Positions 33,475 through 42,511 of a DNA stretch of 64,000 nucleotides are shown here, piece after piece. Every line of letters starts with the position of its first letter. The stretch's first letter is position 1. Where the stretch lies: IMG/VR virus record IMGVR_UViG_3300027708_000067, one strand, 5' to 3'. The notes under the pieces were generated by a model. The model made no database searches. It was not told the origin of the DNA and was given only the letters and a program-made list of their open reading frames with translations. The DNA comes from an uncultured virus (IMG/VR IMGVR_UViG_3300027708_000067) (Duplodnaviria > Heunggongvirae > Uroviricota > Caudoviricetes). The translations under genes were made by a program, and so were the position numbers.

Positions 33475-34089
33475 TTATGGTTCCTGAACCGTAGTATTGC
33501 GATCTATACGACGAGAGTTATCTTCTTTTTTGAGCGCTGCGATTGCGTCGGTATAGTATTGTTTCCAAACAGGCAGCTTGTCTAAGGCTTTTAAATAGCC
33601 TTGAGCTTGTAACAAAGCTCCATATAACATGGCTTGTGGCGCTATTGCCGTCCATAGATTTTGTTGATTGACTTGATCCAAAGGCTGAATCTCAGCGTAA
33701 TAAATAATTTCTACCGGATAGTTTTGATCTGCAGCTGGTGCAAAATTCCAGTTGCTATAATCATATTCAGCATAATAAATTGGTTTACCATTATCCGATT
33801 CAGATAAATACTGAGCCACATAGTCTTGACTGCGAAGTAATACCGGTGAGCCATTTACTTTCATGGATACCGTTTTACGCCAACGTGCTGGTTTGTTAAG
33901 TACTGTTTGGTTTTCTGCTAAGCTGGTTTCTACAACAATCAACTGCATGTAAGTCTTGAGTTCAGCAGCAATAGAAGATTCAGCCAACGCAATTAAGTTG
34001 GGAATCTGCGCAATGAAGTCTGCGTCATTACGCTCCATATATTGCTGGACGTTCAGTACCAGCGAATCATAGGTCATTATTACGCTCAT
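33475..34089 (-). CDS. Head-tail adaptor / tail tubular protein A-like
   Basis: MTY..L...VQ.Y.ER.D..F...IP..I.LAE; P.AD..Y; LYGAL. Confidence 0.7.
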   Translation of the reverse strand: MSVIMTYDSLVLNVQQYMERNDADFIAQIPNLIALAESSIAAELKTYMQLIVVETSLAENQTVLNKPARWRKTVSMKVNGSPVLLRSQDYVAQYLSESDNGKPIYYAEYDYSNWNFAPAADQNYPVEIIYYAEIQPLDQVNQQNLWTAIAPQAMLYGALLQAQGYLKALDKLPVWKQYYTDAIAALKKEDNSRRIDRNTTVQEP

Positions 34090-35165
34090 CGTGTGTAGTA
34101 ACTTATATTAGGTTGGAAGTAGATTGGTGACTTATCACGATCTTCGTCTTCAAATTGGGTACGAGCATCCAAGGCCAGTTTTTCCAAATAGGCCACTCGG
34201 TTTAAATCAATCTGGGGCAACTGCATTGCTAATTTGTGTGATAGGGCAGCTTGGAAGTAAGGAATGGCACGATCTGGCATGTACAGCTCGTTGGTTAACG
34301 AACCAACATCTTGGGGTTGCAATTCCAAAATCAGTGAGAATACTTGGAAGTTGTTGTTAGGCACAGGCCATAAATACATCTCTGGCACAATCTGGCGATC
34401 AAACCAGTATTGTAGTGTGCGTTGACTTGGGAATTGCTTGTTTGGCAACGAGAAATAATCAGTACGATTAAGACGTGCCATAGGAATGACTTGCTGGCTT
34501 TGAGCAAACTGGATAGAACGCAGTGAAAAAACGTTTGCTGTGTCGCGGTTTTTTAGTCTGTAGTAGTAAAACTGTTGTGTTACGTTGATACCAAAGTAAG
34601 CCCAGTTACGGTCGGACAGTGTGGTCTCAGGTAATGATTCCCATACAGTCCAGTTAATACCATCGTTACTTACTTCAAGGTCCAGATTATAGGTAGCAGT
34701 ACCAGAAGGAGCATAGGCGTTAAAGCCAACATAGAATATACGAGTCTGTGGGCTGTAGGCTGCACCAAAATAGTTTTCAGATAAAGTTGATGTGGCATGG
34801 AGGTTTAAATCACTGTTGTAGTTTTGATCAAACAGCACAGGAGAATCTGGATTGTCTATTGGCAGCGCACTAGAAATAGTTGGGTTAACAATGTATACCC
34901 AGTTTGCTTCTAAGACATCCACACAGTTTTTTGGCATGTAAAGAATTTGCTGGTTGGTCTGTGGACCAAGCACTTCAATCTTTTGTAGCCAGATATTAAT
35001 GCCACGGTTAGCGCTGTTTTGAAGGATGTAGAATAGCGCTTGACGGCCTGCGTTGATATACTCAGGCGTCATCTCTTCCGCTGTTTTACCAGCATCACGA
35101 TAGGCGTACGAGATCAGCTGGTCAACAGTGATCTTAGTCTTGTTGTACGTATCTGAATACGCCAT
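34086..35165 (-). CDS. Head-tail connector-like protein with inserted beta-sandwich (discoidin-like) domain
   Basis: ANRGINIW, R..Y..LPNK, LWPVP; insert LEVSNDGINWT...YYRL. Confidence 0.65.
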   Translation of the reverse strand: MAYSDTYNKTKITVDQLISYAYRDAGKTAEEMTPEYINAGRQALFYILQNSANRGINIWLQKIEVLGPQTNQQILYMPKNCVDVLEANWVYIVNPTISSALPIDNPDSPVLFDQNYNSDLNLHATSTLSENYFGAAYSPQTRIFYVGFNAYAPSGTATYNLDLEVSNDGINWTVWESLPETTLSDRNWAYFGINVTQQFYYYRLKNRDTANVFSLRSIQFAQSQQVIPMARLNRTDYFSLPNKQFPSQRTLQYWFDRQIVPEMYLWPVPNNNFQVFSLILELQPQDVGSLTNELYMPDRAIPYFQAALSHKLAMQLPQIDLNRVAYLEKLALDARTQFEDEDRDKSPIYFQPNISYYTR

Positions 35166-35332
35166 TAACGACCCCTGCCAGCGGCTCTCTTAGCTACAGT
35201 TTTAGGTAGATTAGGTTGTGCTTTGCCGGCTTTAATAAACTCTTTGCCAACCTTTTTAGGGATGCCAAGAGTAGACTTACCAGCTGCCGCAGCATACATC
35301 GCTTTTTGCTGTTGTTCGGATTTGATTGGCAT
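35165..35332 (-). CDS. Small basic protein (55 aa)
   Basis: [32 protein letters not shown]...; TAATG coupling at both ends. Confidence 0.75.
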   Translation of the reverse strand: MPIKSEQQQKAMYAAAAGKSTLGIPKKVGKEFIKAGKAQPNLPKTVAKRAAGRGR

Positions 35333-36057
35333 TATGAGCAAGTCCCACCAGTCATCATCTTTTTAGCTTTACCGCCAGTGCGCATGTAACCCATTTTGTT
35401 ACGCACGTTAGTTGGCAACTTAGCTAGACCAGGGTTATCTTCAGAATCAACTGCTTTTAAAGAACCGCCTTCGCTATAACAAGCTTTGCCGCCTTTTTTG
35501 TAAGCATTTCCAAGGGCGTCCATGCGACCTTCTCCCATGCCCTTTTTGGCTGCATCACCATGTGAACCAAAAGCTTCATAGTCAGCAGCGGCTTCTTTTT
35601 TCTTTGCCGCAGCTCTATTTTGATCATAGAATTTTTGTTGAGATACTGTAGCACCTGGCTGTGTTGTTGAGCCGCCAGTTGCGTATTTACTTACAGATTT
35701 GCCACCGCATAACATTGCAGGCTTTTGGCGTTTAGTATTAGCAATGTCGGTAATGTCTTTATCCGTCTTTTTAGCTGCATAAGCATTTTCTACTTTGCCG
35801 CCGGTTTTGTATTTGCGTACAGTGCCGCAATCTTTTTTAGCACGGCCGCCCTTACGCAGTTTAGACAGGTCAGTCTTTTCGCCAGGATGCTCTTGTTTGT
35901 CATGCATGGCAAACGCTTTTTTGACAATCTTCTTGTCCTGGGCCAAATCCTCACTCATTTCGCTTTTTTCAGAATGGCGTGACTTATAAACAGCACCGCC
36001 TTTTTTATAGCAAGGTAAGTTTTTTACCATCTTTAAGTTTGTTTTAAAGCCTTCCAT
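35332..36057 (-). CDS. Basic protein with nine (Y/M/L)xxGG motifs, possible internal head protein
   Basis: YKKGG, LRKGG, YKTGG, MLCGG, YATGG, YKKGG, YSEGG, MRTGG, MMTGG. Confidence 0.75.
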   Translation of the reverse strand: MEGFKTNLKMVKNLPCYKKGGAVYKSRHSEKSEMSEDLAQDKKIVKKAFAMHDKQEHPGEKTDLSKLRKGGRAKKDCGTVRKYKTGGKVENAYAAKKTDKDITDIANTKRQKPAMLCGGKSVSKYATGGSTTQPGATVSQQKFYDQNRAAAKKKEAAADYEAFGSHGDAAKKGMGEGRMDALGNAYKKGGKACYSEGGSLKAVDSEDNPGLAKLPTNVRNKMGYMRTGGKAKKMMTGGTCS

Positions 36058-36084
36058 GATATTCCTTTAAGGTTGTCCTGTATA

Positions 36085-36115
36085 TACTAATGCAAAAAAA
36101 GGGCGATTTACGCCC
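36085..36115 (-). promoter_or_regulatory. Phage late-type promoter overlapping a terminator hairpin
   Basis: GGGCG-TAAAT-CGCCC-TTTT-TTTGCATTAGTA on the - strand. Confidence 0.85.
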
Positions 36116-36626
36116 CTAAAAATAGTGCTCTTTCCCGTTTTCTGCGGTTAATCAGCACTTCCGGTTTGTTCCACATTAGGATGGCATCAGCCGCCCCTTT
36201 GAGGTCATTCTCGTTCACCTTACGCAATACGGTAGACTTACGGAAATTAGTTTCGCCAATATTAAAGCACAGGCTGTACAAGGCATCGTATTGGTTCTGG
36301 GTAAGGGGTACCTTCACGTGGTTGTCAACAGCGTCTTGGCACCACTTTAAATCGCTTTGTAGGAGCTCTTCTACCTGCTCGTCTGTTAGGGTGGCAGTCA
36401 GGAGGTGCTTTTCATCTGGTTTAATCAAATGACCCACCCCAATCGTCCATAATCCCTTAGAGTCCCTATACGCCTTATTGCGCAGACCTTCTTCTTTGGT
36501 AATAAACGATAGTGTGGATTTTGCTATTGCCATAACGTTTTCTTCAATTTGGGTGTACTTGTCGGTAAAGTGGATTGCTGCCGCAATGCCCAACAACCAC
36601 ATTGATACTGCTATAAATCTTTTCAT
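36108..36626 (-). CDS. Endolysin, GH24 lysozyme, with N-terminal hydrophobic (SAR-like) segment
   Basis: E-x8-D-x5-T triad (EGLRNKAYRDSKGLWTIG), QYDAL.S..FNIG, RR..E..LF. Confidence 0.92.
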   Translation of the reverse strand: MKRFIAVSMWLLGIAAAIHFTDKYTQIEENVMAIAKSTLSFITKEEGLRNKAYRDSKGLWTIGVGHLIKPDEKHLLTATLTDEQVEELLQSDLKWCQDAVDNHVKVPLTQNQYDALYSLCFNIGETNFRKSTVLRKVNENDLKGAADAILMWNKPEVLINRRKRERALFLGA

Positions 36627-36668
36627 TTTCGCTCCTTACTCTACGCTATGATAGCGCAAATTGGGGTG

Positions 36669-37055
36669 TTACTTGTTCATTATCTTTTCTAGTGTCCTGC
36701 CACCAAAGTAGAAGGACATAATCAGCATACCCCACTGGCCGAGTAGCTGAACGTATTCTGAATTGACTTCAATCTTGGCAGCCGATAAGCTGGCAAAGAT
36801 AAAATAGCCAGTCAGAATGGCAATCAGCGTCATAGGGCGGATGTTTTTAGCCAGCCAAGAGTCGCTTGTTGTATCAGCTTGTAGCCGTTTGGTAAGCTCT
36901 TGGGCTTCCGTAATGTCAGCTTGGATGTCTGCCAGCTTGCCTTCTTGAGCCAGTTTGGCAAGCTCTAACTGGGCTTGTGCCTTTTGGGCAGGGTCGGGGA
37001 TCACCTTGTCGATGATCTTCAGACCAGCGCTAACGATGTCGTCAATACCAAACAT
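36669..37055 (-). CDS. Holin (3TM, GTA-holin-like)
   Basis: IIDKVIPDP, SDSWL.KNIRP, FYFGGRTLEK. Confidence 0.8.
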   Translation of the reverse strand: MFGIDDIVSAGLKIIDKVIPDPAQKAQAQLELAKLAQEGKLADIQADITEAQELTKRLQADTTSDSWLAKNIRPMTLIAILTGYFIFASLSAAKIEVNSEYVQLLGQWGMLIMSFYFGGRTLEKIMNK

Positions 37056-37225
37056 TAGTGTATCTTCGTTACAATGGCAATCAGGGTAACCATAATAAAA
37101 CCTGCAGAGCCAATCAGAATTTGCTCTAGACGTTTTAGTCTGGCGCAGATGGCCTCATAGCGTACTTCACAGATTTGTTCGTGGGCAGATAGGGCTGCCT
37201 CGTTCTTATCAATCAGTTCAGACAT
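37055..37225 (-). CDS. Small coiled-coil + TM lysis-associated protein (56 aa)
   Basis: HE..C..RY..I..RLKRLE followed by a TM helix; TAATG coupling. Confidence 0.7.
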   Translation of the reverse strand: MSELIDKNEAALSAHEQICEVRYEAICARLKRLEQILIGSAGFIMVTLIAIVTKIH

Positions 37226-37593
37226 TAGATTGCGATTTCCGTCCAGTTAAGAGTTGCCTCATCCCACTGATACTGCTTACCGTCTTGTGGGTAAGGAGTA
37301 GGTGCAGTCCATGTCCAATCAGGCGCAGAGATAGTCCAGCTTGGGAATGGCTGTGGTGCGTAGAATACGTCGTTCTGTGCATCGTACGTGTAGCCAATAC
37401 CAGCGTAGTTACCACGCAGGGCGGTGCCGCCGTTAGGCTGACCATCTTGGCCATAGTGTTTGCCACCACGGGTGTTGTATGAGGTCTGGATCCACTGACC
37501 CGGCGAGGAGTCTACGAAGTGGTTGAAAAAATCGGCCTCGGCAACAATCACTTGTTCTACCTTACCGTTGTTAACTTTTGCATAATGGGACAT
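37225..37593 (-). CDS. Tail-fibre-associated small protein (possible assembly chaperone)
   Basis: HYAKV..G.V.QVIVAE, WIQTSYN, R.NYAGIG..YD...D.F..PQP..SW. Confidence 0.7.
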   Translation of the reverse strand: MSHYAKVNNGKVEQVIVAEADFFNHFVDSSPGQWIQTSYNTRGGKHYGQDGQPNGGTALRGNYAGIGYTYDAQNDVFYAPQPFPSWTISAPDWTWTAPTPYPQDGKQYQWDEATLNWTEIAI

Positions 37594-37623
37594 AGTTTGT
37601 GTTTCCTGTTTGTTAAATTGGGG

Positions 37624-37632
37624 ATTATAGCA
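37624..37632 (-). promoter_or_regulatory. Extended -10 (host sigma-70 type)
   Basis: TGCTATAAT about 30 bp before ATG 37593. Confidence 0.55.
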
Positions 37633-38664
37633 TTAACGTGCGTTGGCGTATTTGAATGGGTTTTCGGCAAATGCGGCGTAGATGTAGGTTGCTGAAACGT
37701 TCCAATCTCCGATCGCACTTCTTAGTTTAAAACCATTGGATAGAATGTCGCAAACATTATAGCCGGTTGATTCAGCTGCACTGGTATTTGGGTTTAATCT
37801 ATCAACACAAGTGTTGTAAGTGTCTCTTGATGTGTCAATAATTGTCCAATCAGAAAGACCTCCAGATGATAATTTAAATAAAATAAACTTAGGTCTAAAC
37901 CCAGTGTAGATAAACGGTCCATCAGCAGAGTTGTTGCCTGTGTAGCTACCAAACTGCGAGAAGCCAGCGACAGGTGCCCAGCAGTATGCAACCATGTTTT
38001 GAGTTGCTGTCCAAGCAGTACCCATACTAAACACACTAGAAGTTGGAGATGTGTTGTTCCAAATTGTTGAGCTTGATGCAGATGCAGCCGTTGAATTAAG
38101 TTCTAAATAATTTCCAGCACCAATAGATGAATGATAAACAGCCCAGCTCGTATATCCGCTTGATTGCCTTGTTTTTACAACATAAAAACTAGGAGCAATA
38201 CCCAGACCATGACCTATTGTTTGACTTGTTGTAGCTGTTTTTGTAAATGTGACTATGCTAAATCCAGCGGTTTGATTAACGCTTACTGTAGATGTTAAAG
38301 AACCAGCTGTATTAGTAGTGTTTGTGCCTTGTCCCGCTTGCCATTGCCACGCAACTAATGTGACTCCATTTGTAAAATTACCAGTTCCAATGCTAAAACC
38401 GTCGGAATTAAATGAGGTTAAGTATGTCGGTTTATTTACCTCCGCGGCAGTAGTGTTTGATACCAAATAATTTGCTACACCTCTAACTGAATCATTCAAA
38501 ATGTTGTCGTCAGCAACACTTCGTGATTTGACCCACAATAAATCAGGTTTAAATCCAGTTGTGCCGTTATCATTGTTGGTAATAGTTTGAGTTGTTCCCG
38601 TGCTGGTAAACAGCGTTGCATCCATTACCGTCCGACCGTTCGGAATTGCGTATGTTGTTGCCAT
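37633..38664 (-). CDS. Virion structural protein (beta-rich fibre tip domain)
   Basis: GFKPDLLWVKSR, GFSIVT..HGLG..P, GSY.GN...DGPFIYTGFRP, YIYAAFAENPF. Confidence 0.7.
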   Translation of the reverse strand: MATTYAIPNGRTVMDATLFTSTGTTQTITNNDNGTTGFKPDLLWVKSRSVADDNILNDSVRGVANYLVSNTTAAEVNKPTYLTSFNSDGFSIGTGNFTNGVTLVAWQWQAGQGTNTTNTAGSLTSTVSVNQTAGFSIVTFTKTATTSQTIGHGLGIAPSFYVVKTRQSSGYTSWAVYHSSIGAGNYLELNSTAASASSSTIWNNTSPTSSVFSMGTAWTATQNMVAYCWAPVAGFSQFGSYTGNNSADGPFIYTGFRPKFILFKLSSGGLSDWTIIDTSRDTYNTCVDRLNPNTSAAESTGYNVCDILSNGFKLRSAIGDWNVSATYIYAAFAENPFKYANAR

Positions 38665-38674
38665 GATGTATTCC

Positions 38675-41203
38675 TTACATGTTGTAGGTGTTAAGGGCTA
38701 GGAAGCCGGATGGTGCGGTATAGGCAAATGGTTGCTGACCGAAGTTTGCATTCCATATTGTTGAAGTGCCACTACAATATGCTTGAGCGACAATATCACC
38801 TAATACTAACGGAGCAGATGAGAAGTTTGCTGTTCCTTGACTTGCGTTGTTTTTATAGAATGTAACAGTTTGACCATCACAGCTTACAGCCATACCAAGC
38901 ACATCACCCGTTGTGTATGATGCGCCAGTTACTACAGTAGAACCACCAGCGGTAATATTTCCATTGTTAACATACTCAATAGTCTTGCTTCTTGATGAAT
39001 TCATTAAACCAATGGTCATTGAACCGCCAGAAGTTACTGTAAATTCACTGTAAAACTTACCTGTCAATGGGTAGTACATTGTTGTTGCTGAAACACCACC
39101 GCTACTTGTTGCTGATGTTGTCAAGTTGCCGTTACTAAACGTCGGAACACCATAGTATGTTGTTGCTAATGGATTCCAAGTAGGATAGTTCGCTGCCGTT
39201 GTGCTGGTCAGCGTTGGGCTGTCGGTCATGGCATCATACGTACTACCAGCGGTTAGGCTGATATTATTACATGTCCAGTTGTTCGAGTTGCCTGATGTGT
39301 CATAGCCCAGTGTGGTTGTAGACGTGGTGTTGCTAAACGGCAAGTAGAAGCCGTTTGTGCCATACGTTCCACCGTAGCTAATTGGCTGCCAGACACCGTA
39401 CAAGTTAAAGCTACCGAAGCTGTTAGGCGTTAGAGCTTGGCCGTCGATGAACTGAACGTTGGCCATTTCGCCGTCGAAGTAATTATTTGATGCGCCGTAC
39501 TGCTCTCTACCTAGCCAAATTGGATTTGTAGAAGCAAATTTCCAAGCACCAGTAACAGATGTGCTACTAGAAAACGCGGTTACTTGAACACCGTTTATAT
39601 ATAACTTTGGAACAGAAGATGCTGTAGAAGAAGCAACAATATGATACCAAGCAGCTGGATCACGGAATACAGCAGTTGTATTGATTCCTTGTTCACCACT
39701 AGTAGTTGTGTTATTTATAACACGAATTATATCATTAGAAAAGTCAATAACGCTGTAATTTGCTGTATCAATATAAGATGTAAACAAAGGATATGTACCA
39801 CTACCTAAAGACCCACGCTTAACCCATGCACTCCATGTCCAGGTTGATGTGTTTCCTGCCGTTGAGTTTGTACGATTCAAATAAGCACTAGCTGAACCAC
39901 GCAGTCTTACTGAGTTGCCAACATAGGTCAGTGGCGTTAAGTATCCGCTCGAGTTGAACGTGTGGATGATGTTGCCACCGCTGCTCGTAACCGAACCGCC
40001 CGCCATCTGCTGGACAGTGTCAGCGTAGGATACGATCACGGTACCAGATCCGCCTGCGCCTGATGGGTAACCACCACCGCCACCACCGCCACCAGTGTTT
40101 GCACTTCCTGCTGTTGCTAATGATGAAGTATTTATACCACCATTACCACCACCGCCTGCACCGCCTAAGCCAGCTGTGCCACCAGGGTTTACACCACCAC
40201 CGCCACCGCCAGCGTAGGTTACGCTAGAGCCAGATATTGATGATACTGTGCCAGCACCGCCATTACCAGCAGTTGTCCCACTAAAATTTCCACCAACAGC
40301 ACTAGAGCCACCTCCGCCACCACAAGCGTATAAGTTTGCTCCACCACCACCTGTAGGGCCATCACCACCTTTGTTTCCCTGACCGCTTGTGCCACTTGCA
40401 CCTGTTGATTGCCCTGTGCCATAACCACCGCCACCGCCTGAACCGCCAGAATATGGCCCAGTAGGGCCACCACCAGCACCTCCACCGCCGCCAACTGCGG
40501 CAGTACCATAGGCACTGAACGATGAGTTTGTTCCGTTGTTACCACCAGTGCTTGATGATGTTGAAGCACCACCAGCACCGACAGTTACAGTGTAGGTGGA
40601 TGTCTTATCAACAGATAAGCCAGAGCCAGATAGTAAACCACCTGCTCCACCACCGCCTTGAACAGAACCTCCCGATCCACCACCAGCAACAATCAGGTAG
40701 TTCACCGAGAAGGCGGAAGGCGGTGTGATTGCCTTATAACTCGAGTAGGACACCCAGCCCTGTGTAGCACCACTATAAACAAACGTAATGCCTTCGTTGT
40801 TCTGGTCAAGCTTAACGCTAGTTGTTGCGCCGTTCAGGTTGTTACCGTTGGGATTAACCACCACGTTGTTGGTAGCGAACGTGCCAGCGTAGTCTAACAA
40901 TCCAATCAGCTGACCAGAGGTTGGGCTCGCGGGCAGCGTTACTGTGATGGCTGCCGAGGTTGTGTCAATAGGGTACGCGTTACCAGCCGTAGCGGTGAAG
41001 TTGGCAGACTGGACAGATTGCCAAGTAATGCCACCAGACGAGCTAGTCAGGGGCACCACAGTGCCGCTAGAGTTTTTGTAGTACAAGATGCCGTCGGTGA
41101 TGTTGATCGCCAACTCGCCGTTTGTCAAGTTGCTAGAACTCGGTGTTGCCGCCGCAGTCGTGCTGTAGTACAACGAAATAGGTGTGTAGCCTGATTGTGC
41201 CAT
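38675..41203 (-). CDS. Gly-rich fibre protein with LamG/ConA-like and SPRY-like domains
   Basis: Shared MAQSGYTPIS N-terminus; polyGly domain; WTWSAWVKR, AWYHIV, LYINGVQ, YGTNGFYLPF. Confidence 0.75.
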   Translation of the reverse strand: MAQSGYTPISLYYSTTAAATPSSSNLTNGELAINITDGILYYKNSSGTVVPLTSSSGGITWQSVQSANFTATAGNAYPIDTTSAAITVTLPASPTSGQLIGLLDYAGTFATNNVVVNPNGNNLNGATTSVKLDQNNEGITFVYSGATQGWVSYSSYKAITPPSAFSVNYLIVAGGGSGGSVQGGGGAGGLLSGSGLSVDKTSTYTVTVGAGGASTSSSTGGNNGTNSSFSAYGTAAVGGGGGAGGGPTGPYSGGSGGGGGYGTGQSTGASGTSGQGNKGGDGPTGGGGANLYACGGGGGSSAVGGNFSGTTAGNGGAGTVSSISGSSVTYAGGGGGGVNPGGTAGLGGAGGGGNGGINTSSLATAGSANTGGGGGGGGYPSGAGGSGTVIVSYADTVQQMAGGSVTSSGGNIIHTFNSSGYLTPLTYVGNSVRLRGSASAYLNRTNSTAGNTSTWTWSAWVKRGSLGSGTYPLFTSYIDTANYSVIDFSNDIIRVINNTTTSGEQGINTTAVFRDPAAWYHIVASSTASSVPKLYINGVQVTAFSSSTSVTGAWKFASTNPIWLGREQYGASNNYFDGEMANVQFIDGQALTPNSFGSFNLYGVWQPISYGGTYGTNGFYLPFSNTTSTTTLGYDTSGNSNNWTCNNISLTAGSTYDAMTDSPTLTSTTAANYPTWNPLATTYYGVPTFSNGNLTTSATSSGGVSATTMYYPLTGKFYSEFTVTSGGSMTIGLMNSSRSKTIEYVNNGNITAGGSTVVTGASYTTGDVLGMAVSCDGQTVTFYKNNASQGTANFSSAPLVLGDIVAQAYCSGTSTIWNANFGQQPFAYTAPSGFLALNTYNM

Positions 41204-41221
41204 TGAAATATATTCCGTTAG

Positions 41222-42493
41222 TTAAGCAGTATAAGTGCCTGATGCTGTGAATTTGATAATTGTATTGCTGCCTGATGTTGTGATAGTTGGGCTGCCGGTT
41301 GTAGTATTAGAATAATTAGCAGTTGGTACGGATAGAATGACTACGCCTGAACCGCCTGAACCAGGTGAGGCACCTGTACCTCCGCCGCCACCGCCAGAAC
41401 CTGTATTAGCAGAAGCACTACCACCGCTACCACCAGGACCGCCACCATTACCGCCACCCGCTTGACCGCTACCACCAGAACCATCTCCACCACCACCGCC
41501 ACCGCCAGCGTAAGTTACTGACGAGCCGGTAATTGATGAAGCGCCGCCAGCGCCGCCAGCACCACCATTATTTCCACTACCACCTGAGCCTACAGCACCT
41601 TTACCTCCGCCACCACCACCAGATGGGTAAGATGATGGGCCATTATAACCACCAACACCACCATTGTTGCCTTGGCCGGATGTTCCACTACCACCAGCCA
41701 CTGGACCGTTTCCTCCACCACCACCTGATCCTCCAGCGGAGCCAGGGGTTTGCGCATTTCCATAACCTGCACCGCCTTGACCACCACCAACTGTAGTTAT
41801 TGAAGTTAATCCTGAACCAGTTAAAGATGATGCAGAACCAGCAGAATTTCCACCGCCGCCAGCACCTACTGTGGTTGTGTAAGTAACACCTGGAGTAAAT
41901 GTTGCTGTGCCGGTAAGCATACCGCCAGCTCCACCACCACCACCAATTTCTCCACCACCGCCAGCTCCACCAGCTACAACTAAATAGCTTGCTGAGTAAG
42001 TTGTTGCAGCTGGGATACTAGCGTTAAAGCCGTCATAAATTAACCAGCCTTGAGTAGAATCCACATAGAAAATAGCCACTGCTTCACGGTTAGTAGTCAG
42101 TTTAACACTGGATGTTGATCCTAAAAACTTATTGCTGTTAGGATTAATAATTAAGTTGTTTGTAGCAAACGTGCCAGCATAGTCAACGAGCGCAATGAAT
42201 TGGCCTGCAGTTGGAGATGCAGGCAGCGTTACTGTGATGGCTGCGGAAGTCGTGTTGACATAGTAGCCATTACCAGCAGACGCTGTGAAGTTGGCAGACT
42301 GAACTGCCTGCCAAGAAAGCGAGCCACCCGAGCTAGACAGTGGGGTAACTACGTTGCTAGGGTTCTTGTAAAACAAAATACCATCAGCTGTGTTGATTGC
42401 CAACTCGCCAGCAACCATGTTGCCAGCTGTTGGTGATGTACCAGTGCTAGAACTGTAATACAACGAAATGGGTGTGTAACCGCTTTGTGCCAT
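41222..42493 (-). CDS. Gly-rich fibre protein, paralogue 2
   Basis: Same N-terminal modules; YLVVAGG...GGGGAGG...YAGGGGG...GGSGVVI. Confidence 0.75.
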   Translation of the reverse strand: MAQSGYTPISLYYSSSTGTSPTAGNMVAGELAINTADGILFYKNPSNVVTPLSSSGGSLSWQAVQSANFTASAGNGYYVNTTSAAITVTLPASPTAGQFIALVDYAGTFATNNLIINPNSNKFLGSTSSVKLTTNREAVAIFYVDSTQGWLIYDGFNASIPAATTYSASYLVVAGGAGGGGEIGGGGGAGGMLTGTATFTPGVTYTTTVGAGGGGNSAGSASSLTGSGLTSITTVGGGQGGAGYGNAQTPGSAGGSGGGGGNGPVAGGSGTSGQGNNGGVGGYNGPSSYPSGGGGGGKGAVGSGGSGNNGGAGGAGGASSITGSSVTYAGGGGGGGDGSGGSGQAGGGNGGGPGGSGGSASANTGSGGGGGGTGASPGSGGSGVVILSVPTANYSNTTTGSPTITTSGSNTIIKFTASGTYTA

Positions 42494-42511
42494 ATAAGTA
42501 TATTCCGTTAA

